NCBI RefSeq assembly: GCF_022045235.1
Contig: NW_027266264.1
Location: forward strand, 17,112,001 to 17,176,000
DNA: 64,000 nucleotides
Source: Haliotis cracherodii
Lineage: Eukaryota
Reading direction: 5' to 3'
In this document: positions 38,961 through 51,400 of the stretch, in pieces
Numbering within the stretch: the first letter of the stretch is position 1
Layout of the letters: every line of letters begins with the position of its first letter
The notes under the pieces: model-generated
The model's input: the letters and a program-made list of their open reading frames with translations, nothing else
What the model was told of the DNA's origin: nothing
Databases searched by the model: none
Program-made: the position numbers and the translations under genes

Positions 38961-41324
38961 CAGCCTTTTATGACAGTGGGACAACTCCCAACCATCATAC
39001 TAATTTCAACCATGGTACCATCATCATGTTATATGTTATTAGGAGGACATACCTTTATGCAGTGTTTTTCCAAGTTACAGAATCAAGTACAACAGTACAT
39101 TTCAACTTAAATCACGTCAGTCATGTTTACAGACGCCATCTTGGATTTCCTGATGCCACGATTGCGTATCATGTGATGCCATTACAGTCAAGGGTTTTAA
39201 TCTACATATGTTTACAGAGATCGTTCCAGAATCAATCCTATATATTTAATTCCAAGTGTAGCCGGACGTGGAGTCATCCCACAGATGACATCCTTACCTT
39301 TTCAGCTTGGTCTACTGAGGTGGGTTTTTCATACATGATAGCTGAGATTTTTCCAATCTCATTTAAAACTGTACCTATGGTGGGACAAATTTCTCACTAT
39401 CTACTTTAACGTAATTTAACTGTACAGACGTATATGATTTTTAAAACAATTCACGGATTTCTGCGTATAAAGGTAATTGATTGAAGCCCTGTCCGACCTG
39501 TCATCAGAAGGTCCGTGGTTCGAATCCCATCACGGGACTCTGAAATTTTATGGCCGCTACACTTCATGGTGATTTACGAGTCGCTATTTGACAGCTTTTG
39601 GAGGTGCAGCCTCATTGTTATTCATTCTAGGTCACATGACTTCCGGAAAGTATTGTTTACATGGATCCAGTTCCGATTGCAGCCAAGTTCGTACACTTTC
39701 AAGAATGAATGAGGTTACAGATTTAGTCTTGCTGGTGAAAATGGAGTTGTGGCGGGTTCGTGTGGTTGGCCTCAATGACTTGGTTGATGCTCATGGTGTC
39801 TTTCACCGGATTGTCTTTTCCAAACTCGATTACCGACAGCCCGCTGTCACAGGGCTGAAAAAGTGTTGAGAGCGCGATTGTGCGATGTCGATAAGTGTGA
39901 TCTAGTCTTACGTTGAGGTTGACGTTGACGTTCTATAATTAGGTGGCCCCACTCATTCTGGAGAGAAAAAAGATATTATCGCTCCAGCATCGCATAATTC
40001 AGAAGTGTCACTACCTGGGACAGGCCAAATCGTTTAGAGGAGACATTTTTCATCGATGGAAACTATAACAGCTAACTGAATGCCATGATGAAACGTTTCA
40101 CATGGACATGACTTATTTAGAAGTTTACTTTCTTGCGTTAGAATCAAATATTATGGCCGTCGATATCCGCAACCGACTGTGTACATCCAACAGATGACAA
40201 ATCTGCAGGTATTGATCATTTAACTCCTGAAATGCCGACACAATGACGTACTAAATTTTGCCGTTTTTTATTAAAACCTTACATTACAATTTTGGATTCT
40301 GACGTTTCTTCCCCTGTCTGGGCTGTACCAATAATTATTCCCTAGGATCAGAAAGGAGACTACTCCTCGTTATTACAGAGGGATGCATTGTAGGAAGGTG
40401 TTTACTAGCAGAATGAATAAGAAACTAACTGTGTGCCATGCATGAGAAACTTCAGCCTTGAAACACTGACTGGATTAAGAAAGATAACAATGATCACATT
40501 ACTCTAAATACTATTATCGAGATATCTGTTCTTGATAAGGGTGACTGCATGGTGCCTTTGTGGACTGTGGAAACATTTGGAATTGTGAGTAGACAAATGT
40601 GTTTTTAAAATTAAAATCAATTTATGATATGTTCGCTCACGTGTTGCTATGGAGACATTGCTTGTATCCGATTTTCTTGGGCCTCTCTGTTGGTTTACAT
40701 GTTATATGTAAACGTCATACAGTCTAGCAAACATGATAATCAAACTTTTCGTGATATAATTGAAAGAGCATTTGAAAGAGTCATGTATCAAATATGAACT
40801 GAGTATAAATACACTCGGTTGTTGATTAAAGCAACATTGAAGGTACACAAAACTGTGTAAACTTAAGCTGTTAGGGGAAAGAAAGCTCTTCTTCAAATGG
40901 CCGTTATCTCCAAGCTTGGCACTGTTTCACCTCCAGTCTTCATAAAACCCTTTGTTTGATCGTGTGTGGTTGTCTAAGAAAGGGCATCCGCACGATCGAG
41001 GGGTGACTGCGGCTCTGCGGTATGCCAGGAAGATCGGGTTCAGAACCATGTTGATATGGATGGCAGATTGGCATCAAGCTGTGGTGATGTATGGTTTGAT
41101 TCTGATCAAAACTGATCGAACTCAGGATAATGTTACCAGAAACTAGTCCTTTTAAATATAAAACGTCAATGCCGTGTAATTATCTGCCGAAACAGATTCC
41201 ATTGGGCGTAAAGGCAAGATAGTGAAGATAACTACGTGAAGTGATCGTGTTCGTGAAAAGGGTAAAGAAGTGATTAAAATAGTATCTATCGATCTAAAAC
41301 TATGCGAGACAAACACGCCGCATC

Positions 41325-42092
41325 TGTTGTTGTTGGTTTGTTGTTTAACGCGGCACTCAGCAATATTCCAGCTATATGACGGCGGTCTGTAAATAATCGA
41401 GTCTGGACCAGACAATCCAGTGATTAATATCATGAGCATCGATCCACGCAATTGGGATCGATGACATGCATCAACCACGTCAGCAAGCCTGACCACCCGA
41501 TCCCGCTAGTCGCCTTTTACGACAAGCATAGTCACCTTTTACGGCAAGCATGGGTTGCTGAAGACCTATTCTACCCCGGAATCTTCACGGGTAGAACTCA
41601 TCTGAAAGGGTAGCATACACTATCACATGAAACTCTGTCATGGGTTGCGGGAATAAGCTTCTCATTCAAAACTCATGTACGTCTTTTTTCATGAAGTATC
41701 ATATGTCTGCTCTAAACCGAAGACTGTTATGTGACCAAGTAAAATTTATATTAATTATTGTAAACGGTCAGTGGTACTCCTGCTCTCGTGGAAACCGATG
41801 CCACTAAAAACTTCATCGGTATTATTTGTTTGTTTCTTTGTTGTTAAACGCCGCACTCAGCAATATTCCAGCTATATGACTGCGGTCTGTAAATAATCGA
41901 GTCTGGACCAGAACATCCAGTGATTAATATCATGAGCATTGATCCACTCAGTTGGGATACGATGACATGCATCAGCCAGGTCAGCAAGCCTGACCACCCG
42001 ATCCCGTTAGTCGCCTCTTACGACAAGCATAGTCGCCTTTTACGGCAATCATTGGTTGCTGAAGACCTTTTCTACCCCGGATCTTCACGGGT
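41325..42092 (-). mobile_element. Two SINE family A copies (41325-41593, 41826-42092); duplicated at about 48895-49662, 57110-57876 and 60528-61288
   Basis: Family-A consensus on the minus strand. Confidence 0.9.
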
Positions 42093-42796
42093 CTTCATTG
42101 GTATTAAAGTCATCGACTTTTACGATGTGTTCAGTGGTTTAACAACAAAGCTAGTTGCCTGTTTTAGGGGAAGAAAAGATGGATGAATACAATGCCGACT
42201 AAACTTGGGTTAGGATGGCATTATACAATGGTGAAGGGAAATGCATGAAGATTTATTTGAGACGTGGAGAATTCACAGGTAAGAATCCCCAAACTGGCCC
42301 ATATGACTTCATAGGACTCAAAGCAAGTTTATTCAAATTGAAATTTGAAATTAATAGTTTAAAATATACACTTAGCTTTTCCAACACCAATTACACTTAG
42401 GATATCTGAACTTGTGCTCAACAATATATGCACACAGTTTAGTACGGGATTGTTATTGGTGATGCCGGTGATGCTGCTAGAATCTGTTAGATTAATCAGT
42501 TTAGTTGATACATTTAGTTCACTAATAATCATCTAAGTCGATACCCATTTCCCCTGGAAGCAATTAGTTTAGTAGATAAATAAGCTCAGATAAATTAATG
42601 ATATTGACCACGCCCCGATACATTGATCGCCTGCTCTGCGAAGTTGATTGGTCGGTAGAGGCGATGACTGTTGTCGGTCACAGCAAGCTACTTCCTCGCA
42701 CAGTGACCCGACTTACAACAAATATGTCAAGGTTCGTGGAAGGACGAATCTACATCATTCTACGTCTTACACAATGAAAGAAGTGACCCGTTGATA

Positions 42797-42962
42797 TGAG
42801 TGTGAGTGAGTTTGATTTTACGCCGCTTTTAGCAATATTCCAGCAATATTACGGCGGGGGACACCAGACATGGGCTTCACACATTGTACCCATGTCGGGA
42901 ATCGAACCCGGGTCTTCGGCGTGACGAGCGAACGGTTTAACCACCAGGCTACCCGACCGCCG
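42797..42962 (-). mobile_element. tRNA-derived SINE family B; other copies at about 47712, 50367, 55228, 58567, 61984 and 63409
   Basis: B box ggttcgattccc and (cact)n tail. TSDs ctctctgtccaaag (55.2 kb) and attttgcatttga (63.4 kb). Confidence 0.9.
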
Positions 42963-43254
42963 CGTTGTTATGAGAGCCAGATGTGAGTGTAGATTGACCT
43001 CACGTTCTACACAATGGAAATATACTACTCAAAAGAAGTTAAAGACCACACGATTCTTTCATCTGCTATGCCTTGACAGATTAACAATAGTAATATGAAA
43101 GACAGATTATCTATGTCGGGTCGGTGAATAACAAAAATTAAACATCATATAACAGTAGAAAAATAGATATATTTCTGGAAATACAGCTAATTACAAAATT
43201 CGCTTTCGTAAGTTCAGGAATTCATTTACTTGCTTTTGAACTTACTTTCGATTA

Positions 43255-43601
43255 GGCCGCCTCCGTGGTCTAGAGCGTCCGCCCAGAGAGCGAAAGGTCC
43301 GGGGTTCGATCCCTGGCCGCGTCATACCAAAATACGTTAAAAGATGGTACTTGTTGTTACCCTGTCTGGCGCTCGGCATTAAGGGGCTAAAACAAGGACT
43401 GGTCGGCTCGGAGTCAGTATACTGTGTCTGAGTGGGGTATTCATGTTAAACTGCGGCATGGTATCTCAGTGCGCGAGCACTATATATCGGCATCAGTCCG
43501 GACTAGTACAAGCAGCCACACACTCACATGCACGTGCATGCACGTCGCTATATAAGTGCAATCATCTTGGACGCGACGTTAAACCCAATTTCACCTCACC
43601 T
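43255..43601 (+). mobile_element. tRNA-derived SINE family C (MetaSINE-like); duplicate at 50825-51171
   Basis: B box ggttcgatccc; central ggtacttgttgttaccctgtctggcgctcggcattaaggg resembles the Meta domain as I recall it; (cacct) tail. Confidence 0.75.
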
Positions 43602-44582
43602 TTGAATAGCATTAGCATGTGTGAATGTGTAAAGGCGGAGTCTCAATGGCGTTGTTCTTGAGATGGTCAGTCACAGATCGTGCTCGGTGGGGTCGGGCAT
43701 TGTCGTCCGTGAAGACAGAACGTGTGATAAGTGCATGGCTTAGCTAAATGACGCACAACAAAACCGTCTTGGTACTATTGTCCATTTAATATCCCCTGAA
43801 CTGTGACCAAATTAAGTTTACGGAGCAACGTCCCCATGACATTACTGAGCCGCTACCATATGCCATTGTTTCCTAGATGTTGCGCTGATGAGATGTTCCT
43901 CTTTGGCTCCAGACGCGAGTCCTACCATCAGTGCGGTGCGACAATAACTGACTGTCGTCAGACCAATGAAACCTCCTTTATGACTCCTGACTCCAGGCTA
44001 AACGGCCCCGCATGTATCGGGGCGAACCGAGTGGACGTCTCCTGACCCTTAATCCTGCTGCATTCTGTCGACGCCTGAAGTTGGTAAGGGACACTTTGCT
44101 GTGGGTATGCCAGTGATGGCGAAGAACAGTGCAAGTTGAAGTTGGCAGCCGTTTTACCTGGCGTAGAAGGACACTGTCCTCTCTGAGACGCAACTCAGTC
44201 ACTCACATGTGTTGTCAATGTGTGTTTTCTAATGAGTCGACTGATTAATGTTCAGCACGGTGGCAATAGCCCGACATGACATGCCAGTTTGGTGCATGCC
44301 ACTGATTTGCCATCTTTAATTTTCTGGGATAGTACGCCTAGGCATTTCACTTTCAAATTGATAGAACTTTCATTTAAAGTTAATCAGTAAATACGCATGA
44401 ACGTTCTGTCATCAAACGTGAATTTCTCTGAAGAGATCCCGTAGGTGTGCATATAGCTCGCAGTTAAGGTGGCTACCATACTACAGAGAGAATGGTGGAA
44501 ACACACAGTGTACCATTTGAAACACTCGACATTAAAAATGAACACTTAAAATTTGGCGGTCCGATACTTTTGACGGATGTAT
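43602..44582 (-). mobile_element. Degenerate Tc1 element truncated at its 3' end; duplicate at 51172-52171
   Basis: MPRRT..GMSCRAIA, DGRTRVW, GSGSVM and DNARPHRAR fragments; one TIR end ending ...gacggatgtata. Confidence 0.8.
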
Positions 44583-45487
44583 ACATACACCTTGCCAGTT
44601 TGAGTGTGTATTTGTACACTGATATTGTAATAATAAATAATGAAAATAAATCGTGATGTACATGTACATCAATGTATACGACCATTTAGGCTATGTAATA
44701 ACGCATCTAATTTGGTAAACTATTACCATTTGCTGTGACGACACACGTCTGAATTCGGAATTAGCAAGACACCTGTTTGAGTGATTTCGAGAACAGTTTG
44801 CATGATGTCTAAGTTGGGGACTAGTGAAAAGTCAGTTGGTCACCGTCCTGCGAATGAACCAATGAAATACCCCTGTAGTTATCAGGACCCGGTTGTATCA
44901 AACCTTCATTAACTAATAGCTACATTAAACCCAAATGATACATTAAATTCTTAATGCATCGTCAGTTAATGGCTTCATTAAAATCGGTTGTATCAAACGT
45001 TTATTAGAACATCATTATCTATGTAAGTGTATATTTAATTTAAGTGTTTTTATTGACCTGTTTCCATTAAATTTTTCCCACAATTCCCTGACGTAAACAC
45101 GTACGTGTTACTTCCGGTTATCTCAGACTGTCAAAATGACATCGAATCCACTTACACCTAGGTAAACCGAGGAATAGAATTAAGAATTCCTACAGATTTT
45201 GTGGTGAGGAAAAATATATGGAAATGTACCCATATCAAAGATCATACAACACAAAGCAGATTGGAGGGGCATTATAAAAAACACGGAAGTGTTTTTATCC
45301 TATTACAGTTTCGTCAAGACCAGTAGATAGGCCGGTTTTTGTAAACGATGCATCGCATTTTGTATTTCCTCCTTGCCAATATGAGTTTTAGTACCACACT
45401 AAGTCTTGTATTGTTTGATAGGCATTTGTTAGACTTTGACGGATGACAAAAATCAATGGAGAAGAACTTCTTTTTTATAATGTACTA

Positions 45488-45525
45488 GCGACGTTTCGGT
45501 GTAGATCCTTGTACCGTTGTCAAGC
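45488..45525 (-). ncRNA. Variant minimal hammerhead ribozyme-like motif; duplicate at 53075-53112
   Basis: GC-UUGACAA-C-GGU..ACC-GAAA-CG-UC-GC; U3/A8 covariant core with palindromic ACGU stem III. Confidence 0.6.
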
Positions 45526-45541
45526 AATGCTGAAACATATT

Positions 45542-45571
45542 GCTTGACAACGGTATCTACTGAAATGTCGC
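45542..45571 (+). ncRNA. Second, degenerate hammerhead-like motif; duplicate at 53135-53164
   Basis: GC-UUGACAA-C-GGUA-UC-UACU-GAAA-UG-UC-GC. Confidence 0.45.
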
Positions 45572-46254
45572 TAACACAATGCAAGATTAGTACTGAATCT
45601 CGTATTGGCAAGGAAGAAATACAAAATACGATGAATCGTTTATAAAAAGGCTTATCTACAGGTGTTGACGAAAATATAATAGGAAACAAACACTTCGGTG
45701 TCTTTTATTAATGGGTACAACGTGGCCGTGTACTGCAAATCAATAAGACATCACTTCCAACGTACCACAAACACAACAGTGGAGAGTAGTTTCGCCGTCT
45801 TTGAGTGTTATGTCAAAAAACATTTGCTGCAGGCATTCGCGTCATGCTTACAGTCAATCACTAATCTCTCAACTCAAACAATATTGAAACACACAATGAG
45901 GCCCTGAAGCCCACCCTAATTATGGAAAAATAATGGCGTCTCTGTTTAACCCTCTTCATCGATGTAAATATTAAACGGATTTTCAAAACAGGCAGTGCTT
46001 TGTTCTAACCCATATTTAGCTATGCGTAGAAATACAGCGATTTTGCAACTTTTCATCTTTGGCCGAAAAAAGTAGAGTGCGACGAACGTTTTTACGAAAA
46101 CTGTGAGCAAAGAAACTACTTGCCTAACAACATAAATATATATCAAAGGGATTTGCATGTTCGTGTTAAACGTTCTACATTCGATGCGAAAAAATAACTT
46201 GTCTCAACAGTCGGTTTTCCTCTATGACGTCAAAGATAATGGACCAACTTGAGG

Positions 46255-46760
46255 AACGTGATTGCATATTGTTGTTTGGCCTGGCTGGAAGTGGGAACAC
46301 CAGGTTTCATCCATAGTCACAAGTTGTTGCAAGAACCTTACTGTATCAGCTTCAAACAGAGGTAGATTTTCACATATTGTGACATTGTGCCTGGTGTGTT
46401 TTATATCAGATGTCAACGAACCCAACGAAGGGATACTTTCTTCATTGCCAAAGTTTCGGTGATTATGGAATGTCCTGTCTCCTCGGAAATGCCAACTGAA
46501 CCAGCAGTCATTCGCCGGTCGGTCATCGCCATATAGTGGAATCTCTGGATTATATTTGGAGTGGCTGACGTCAGAGGCTTGCAAGGCTCTTCCTGTCACG
46601 TTTACACTCTGCTGGGCAGCTCTTTACATTGACGAAGGAAGGGGCATCCTCCCCTAGCGTTGTACATATATCTTCCATGGGTGACTTTTAAGCCCCTTTT
46701 CTGCAAGTCACTTTTCTTGATCACTGCACGTTCCTCAAATTTGTCCATGTTCCAAAGGCC
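46255..46760 (-). mobile_element. Mariner 5' fragment; duplicate at about 53815-54330
   Basis: LGEDAPSFANVK, RPGRP (U2 copy), KVSIRWVR and VTMDETW motifs. Confidence 0.8.
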
Positions 46761-48455
46761 ATAAACCTGTGCTTTTTTACCGACTCGTCCCAGCGAAACA
46801 ATGTGCTCAATTTCTCAAGTTTTTGCGGTTATGCCTCCATGACATCATGTGATGTCCACAAGAAACGATTTCACTGTGTGACGCAGAGCCTATCAGTTAA
46901 CCATGGTAGCTGGATAAAAATAATCAACGCATTACATATATATCTTACTCCGCATTCCACGTATATACTTGCGGCATATCAAATTTCATAATGATACAAA
47001 TGGAAATGTCTGAATAATAAGCAAAAATGACATTTTCATAATAGCTACAGTGGATGTCGGATGGGAATTCTTTTAGTGACAAAATAACTAGGATCTTTCA
47101 TACAGTTTGAGCTTGACAGGCCTTGTAGTTTCCAAGGAGATGTCGGTGAATGAAGCATTACAATTCCAATAGCTTTTGTTTACGCCCTGACGCCCAAATT
47201 GGAGTCCTGTTGTGTCAGTGACTCACATTTGTACTCGAGTTTTTGTTGTGTGCATGTTTGTTTGCCACACTCAGCAATAGTCCAGCTATATGACGGCGGT
47301 CTGTTAATAATCGAGTCCGTGCCAAACAATCCAGTGATTGACATCATGAACATGATTCTTTCAACTCGAGTGTAATCGACATCGCCATTTCATTGTGTTT
47401 CAGTAGTAGTCAGCCAAAAAAGCTACCAGTTTGTTTTTACAAAGATTGACTCCTTGCACATGCATGCGTTTGCTTCTACAATCAAAAATTGACCTTTCTT
47501 TTATCTGTTCAAGAACACATCCTTATACATGTTCAACTTGGGGAACGTAATCAATAAAGATAGGCACTGAAACACAGAACACAATGCTGATTCAGATGCG
47601 ATCTTTAACAGAACAAGGCCATATAGTTTGAATATTGCTAAGTGCGGTGTTAAACAACAAACAAACAAACTTATGGCAAGACTAGATGCTGAGTCATACT
47701 CTCTGTCCAAAGTGAGTGAGTAAGTGAGTATGGTTTTACGCCGCTTTTAGCAATATTCCACCAACATCACGGCGGGGGGCACCAACAAAAAAGTCTGTCA
47801 ATTTCTTTGAAAATGTTTTATTCCCTTATCTACAATTTTAATTTCACTGATGATGTTTTCTTCTGGCTCTTTTTCTGGTCTGCCTGCCTGTGTTTGACGT
47901 GAGATGACACCTCATCTTGGTATAGAAGGCAGAAGAAGACGTCAGACTTGTCTTACTGGAATCACTCTGAAAGTTAAAAGCAAGATGTCTTCATAGATCC
48001 TGTTGTTTCTCATATTAGCCTTATGCAGAGTACCAACTCTTAAAATCAAAATCAGTTTATCAAATAATCCAATAAAAGCTCAAATCCAAATTGCCATCAC
48101 TTTTCATAATTTTGAGAGCGACACACATACTTTGATGAATGGTTGGTGTTGAATTGCGTGTATTTGCGCTGCACACAACTCCCTTTTAATTTTTTTAATT
48201 TAGTCAAAGTGTGTGGCTTCTTTTAACTGCAACATATCAACCTCTATTGGCATCATCCTATTGTTTTCACGGGGCCTGCATTTCATACAATGACCTCTCA
48301 TCAGTCTGTCCTGCGATATTCTACAGTAAGTCCCCCCGCAACAGATATATTTTGCATTTGAGGAACTTGAGCCTTGAAACACTGACTGGATTAAGAAAAA
48401 TAACTATGATCACATTACTCTAAATACTATTATCGAGATATCTGTTCCTGTTAAG

Positions 48456-51400
48456 GGAGACTGCATGGTGCCTTTGTGGACTGTGGATACATTTGGAATT
48501 GTGAGTAGGCAAATGTGTTTTTAAAATTAAAATCAATTTATGATATGTTCGCTCACGTGTTGCTATGGAGGGGTGACTGCGTCTCTGCGGTATGCCAGGA
48601 AGATCGGGTTCAGAACCATGTTGATATGGATGGCAGATTGGCATCAAGCTGTGGTGATGTATGGTTTGATTCTGATCAAAACTGATCGAACTCAGGATAA
48701 TGTTACCAGAAACTAGTCCTTTTAAATATAAAACGTCAATGCCGTGTAATTATCTGCCGAAACAGATTGAATTGGGCGTAAAGGCAAGATAGTGATGATA
48801 ACTACGTGAAGTGATCGTGTTTGTTGAAAGGGTAAAGAAGTGATTAAAATAGTATCTATCGATCTAAAACTATGCGAGACAAACATGCCGCATCTGTTGT
48901 TGTTGGTTTGTTGTTACACGCCGCACTCAGCAATATTCCAGCTATATGACGGCGGTCTGTAAATAATCGAGTCTGGACCAGACAATCCAGTGATTAATAT
49001 CATGAGCATCGATCCACGCAATTGGGATCGATGACATGCATCAACCACGTCAGCAAGCCTGACCACCCGATCCCGCTAGTCGCCTTTTACGACAAGCATA
49101 GTCACCTTTTACGGCAAGCATGGGTTGCTGAAGACCTATTCTACCCCGGAATCTTCACGGGTAGAACTCATCTGAAAGGGTAGCATACACTATCACATGA
49201 AACTCTGTCATGGTTTGCGGGAATAAGCTTCTCATTCAAAACTCATGTACGTCTTTTTTCATGAAGTATCATATGTCTGCTCTAAACCGAAGACTGACGT
49301 GTGACCAAGTAAAATTTATATTAATTATTGTAAACGGTCAGTGGTACTCCTGCTCTCGTGGAAACCGATGCCACTAAAAACTTCATCGGTATTATTTGTT
49401 TGTTTCTTTGTTGTTAAACGCCGCACTCAGCAATATTCCAGCTATATGACTGCGGTCTGTAAATAATCGAGTCTGGACCAGAACATCCAGTGATTAATAT
49501 CATGAGCATTGATCCACTCAGTTGGGATACGATGACATGCATCAGCCAGGTCAGCGAGCCTGACCACCCGATCCCGTTAGTCGCCTCTTACGACAAGCAT
49601 AGTCGCCTTTTACGGCAAGCATTGGTTGCTGAAGACCTTTTCTACCCCGGATCTTCACGGGTCTTCATTGGTATTAAAGTCATCGACTTTTACGATGTGT
49701 TCAGTGGTTTAACAACAAAGCTAGTTGCCTGTTTTAGGGGAAGAAAAGATGGATGAATACAATGCCGACTAAACTTGGGTTAGGATGGCATTATACAATG
49801 GTGAAGGGAAATGCATGAAGATTTATTTGAGACGTGGAGAATTCACAGGTAAGAATCCCCAAACTGGCCCATATGACTTCATAGGACTCAAAGCAAGTTT
49901 ATTCAAATTGAAATTTGAAATTAATAGTTTAAAATATACACTTAGCTTTTCCAACACCAATTACACTTAGGATATCTGAATTTGTGCTCAACAATATATG
50001 CACACAGTTTAGTACGGGATTGTTATTGGTGATGCCGGTGATGCTGCTAGAATCTGTTAGATTAATCAGTTTAGTTGATACATTTAGTTCACTAATAATC
50101 ATCTAAGTCGATACCCATTTCCCCTGGAAGCAATTAGTTTAGTAGATAAATAAGCTCAGATAAATTAATGATATTGACCACGCCCCGATACATTGATCGC
50201 CTGCTCTGCGAAGTTGATTGGTCGGTAGAGGCGATGACTGTTGTCGGTCACAGCAAGCTGCTTCCTCGCACAGTGACCCGATTTACAACAAATATGTCAA
50301 GGTTCGTGGGAGGACGAGTCTACACCATTCTACGTCTTACACAATGAAAGAAGAAACCCATTGATATGAGTGTGAGTGAGTTTGATTTTACGCCGCTTAT
50401 AGCAATATTCCAGCAATATCACGGCGGGGGACACCAGACATGGGCTTCACACATTGTACCCATGTCGGGAATCGAACCCGGGTCTTCGGCGTGACGAGCG
50501 AACGCTTTAACCACCAGGCTACCCGACCGCCGCGTTGTTATGAGAGCCAGATGTGAGTGCAGATTGACCTCACGTTCTACACAATGGAAATATACTACTC
50601 AAAAGAAGTTAAAGACCACACGATTCTTTCATCTGCTATGCCTTGACAGATTAACAATAGTAATATGAAAGACAGATTATCTATGTCGGGTCGGTGAATA
50701 ACAAAAAGTAAACATCATATAACAGTAGAAAAATAGATATATTTCTGGAAATACAGCTAATTACAAAATTCGCTTTCGTAAGTTCAGGAATTCATTTACT
50801 TGCTTTTGAACTTACTTTCGATTAGACCGCCTCCTTGGTCTAGAGCGTCCGCCCGGAGAGCGAAAGGTCCGGGGTTCGATCCCTGGCCGCGTCATTCCAA
50901 AAGACGTTAAAAGATGGTACTTGTTGTTACCCTGTCTGGCGCTCGGCATTAAGGGGCTAAAACAAGGACTGGTCGGCTCGGAGTCAGTATACTGTGTCTG
51001 AGTGGGGTATTCATGTTAAACTGCGGCATGGTATCTCAGTGCGCGAGCACTATATATCGGCATCAGTCCGGACTAGTACAAGCAGCCACACACACACATA
51101 CACGTGCATGCACGTCGCTATATAAGTGCAATCATCTTGGACGCGACGTTAAACCCAATTTCACCTCACCTTTGAATAGCATTGGCATGTGTAAATTTGG
51201 AAAGGCAGAGTCTCAATGGCGTTGTTCTTGAGATGGTCAGTCACAGATCGTGCTCGGTGGGGTCGGGCATTGTCGTCCGTGAAGACAGAACGTGTGATAA
51301 GTGCATGGCTTAGCTAAATGACGCACAACAAAACCGTCTTGGTACTATTGTCCATTTAATATCCCCTGAACTGTGACCAAATCAAGTTGACAATCAACGG

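Larger units (their letters stand above)
37667..42278 (+). pseudogene. Multi-exon pseudogene, possibly a divergent FUT8/NodZ-like (GT-B) fucosyltransferase; exons 1-8
   Basis: AG/GT exons with matching phases: 37667-37981, 39218-39319, 39631-39686, 40142-40208, 40346-40397, 40540-40584, 40937-41093, 42168-42278. Five in-frame stops. Exons 9-10 are intact only in later units. Product is inferred from motif spacing. Confidence 0.6.
45279..45702. mobile_element. Inverted-repeat Penelope-like (pLTR) remnant; duplicate at 52866-53295
   Basis: Diverged inverted arms of about 115 bp around two hammerhead-like motifs. Confidence 0.6.

Noticed and set aside
39480-39545. tRNA gene (B box ggttcgaatccc)
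   Set aside because: No complete cloverleaf; more likely a decayed SINE head, as at 19337 and in SINE B/C.
41152-42186. Recurrent small ORFs (MVRLAD..., MINIMSID...)
   Set aside because: Translations of SINE A copies, not proteins.
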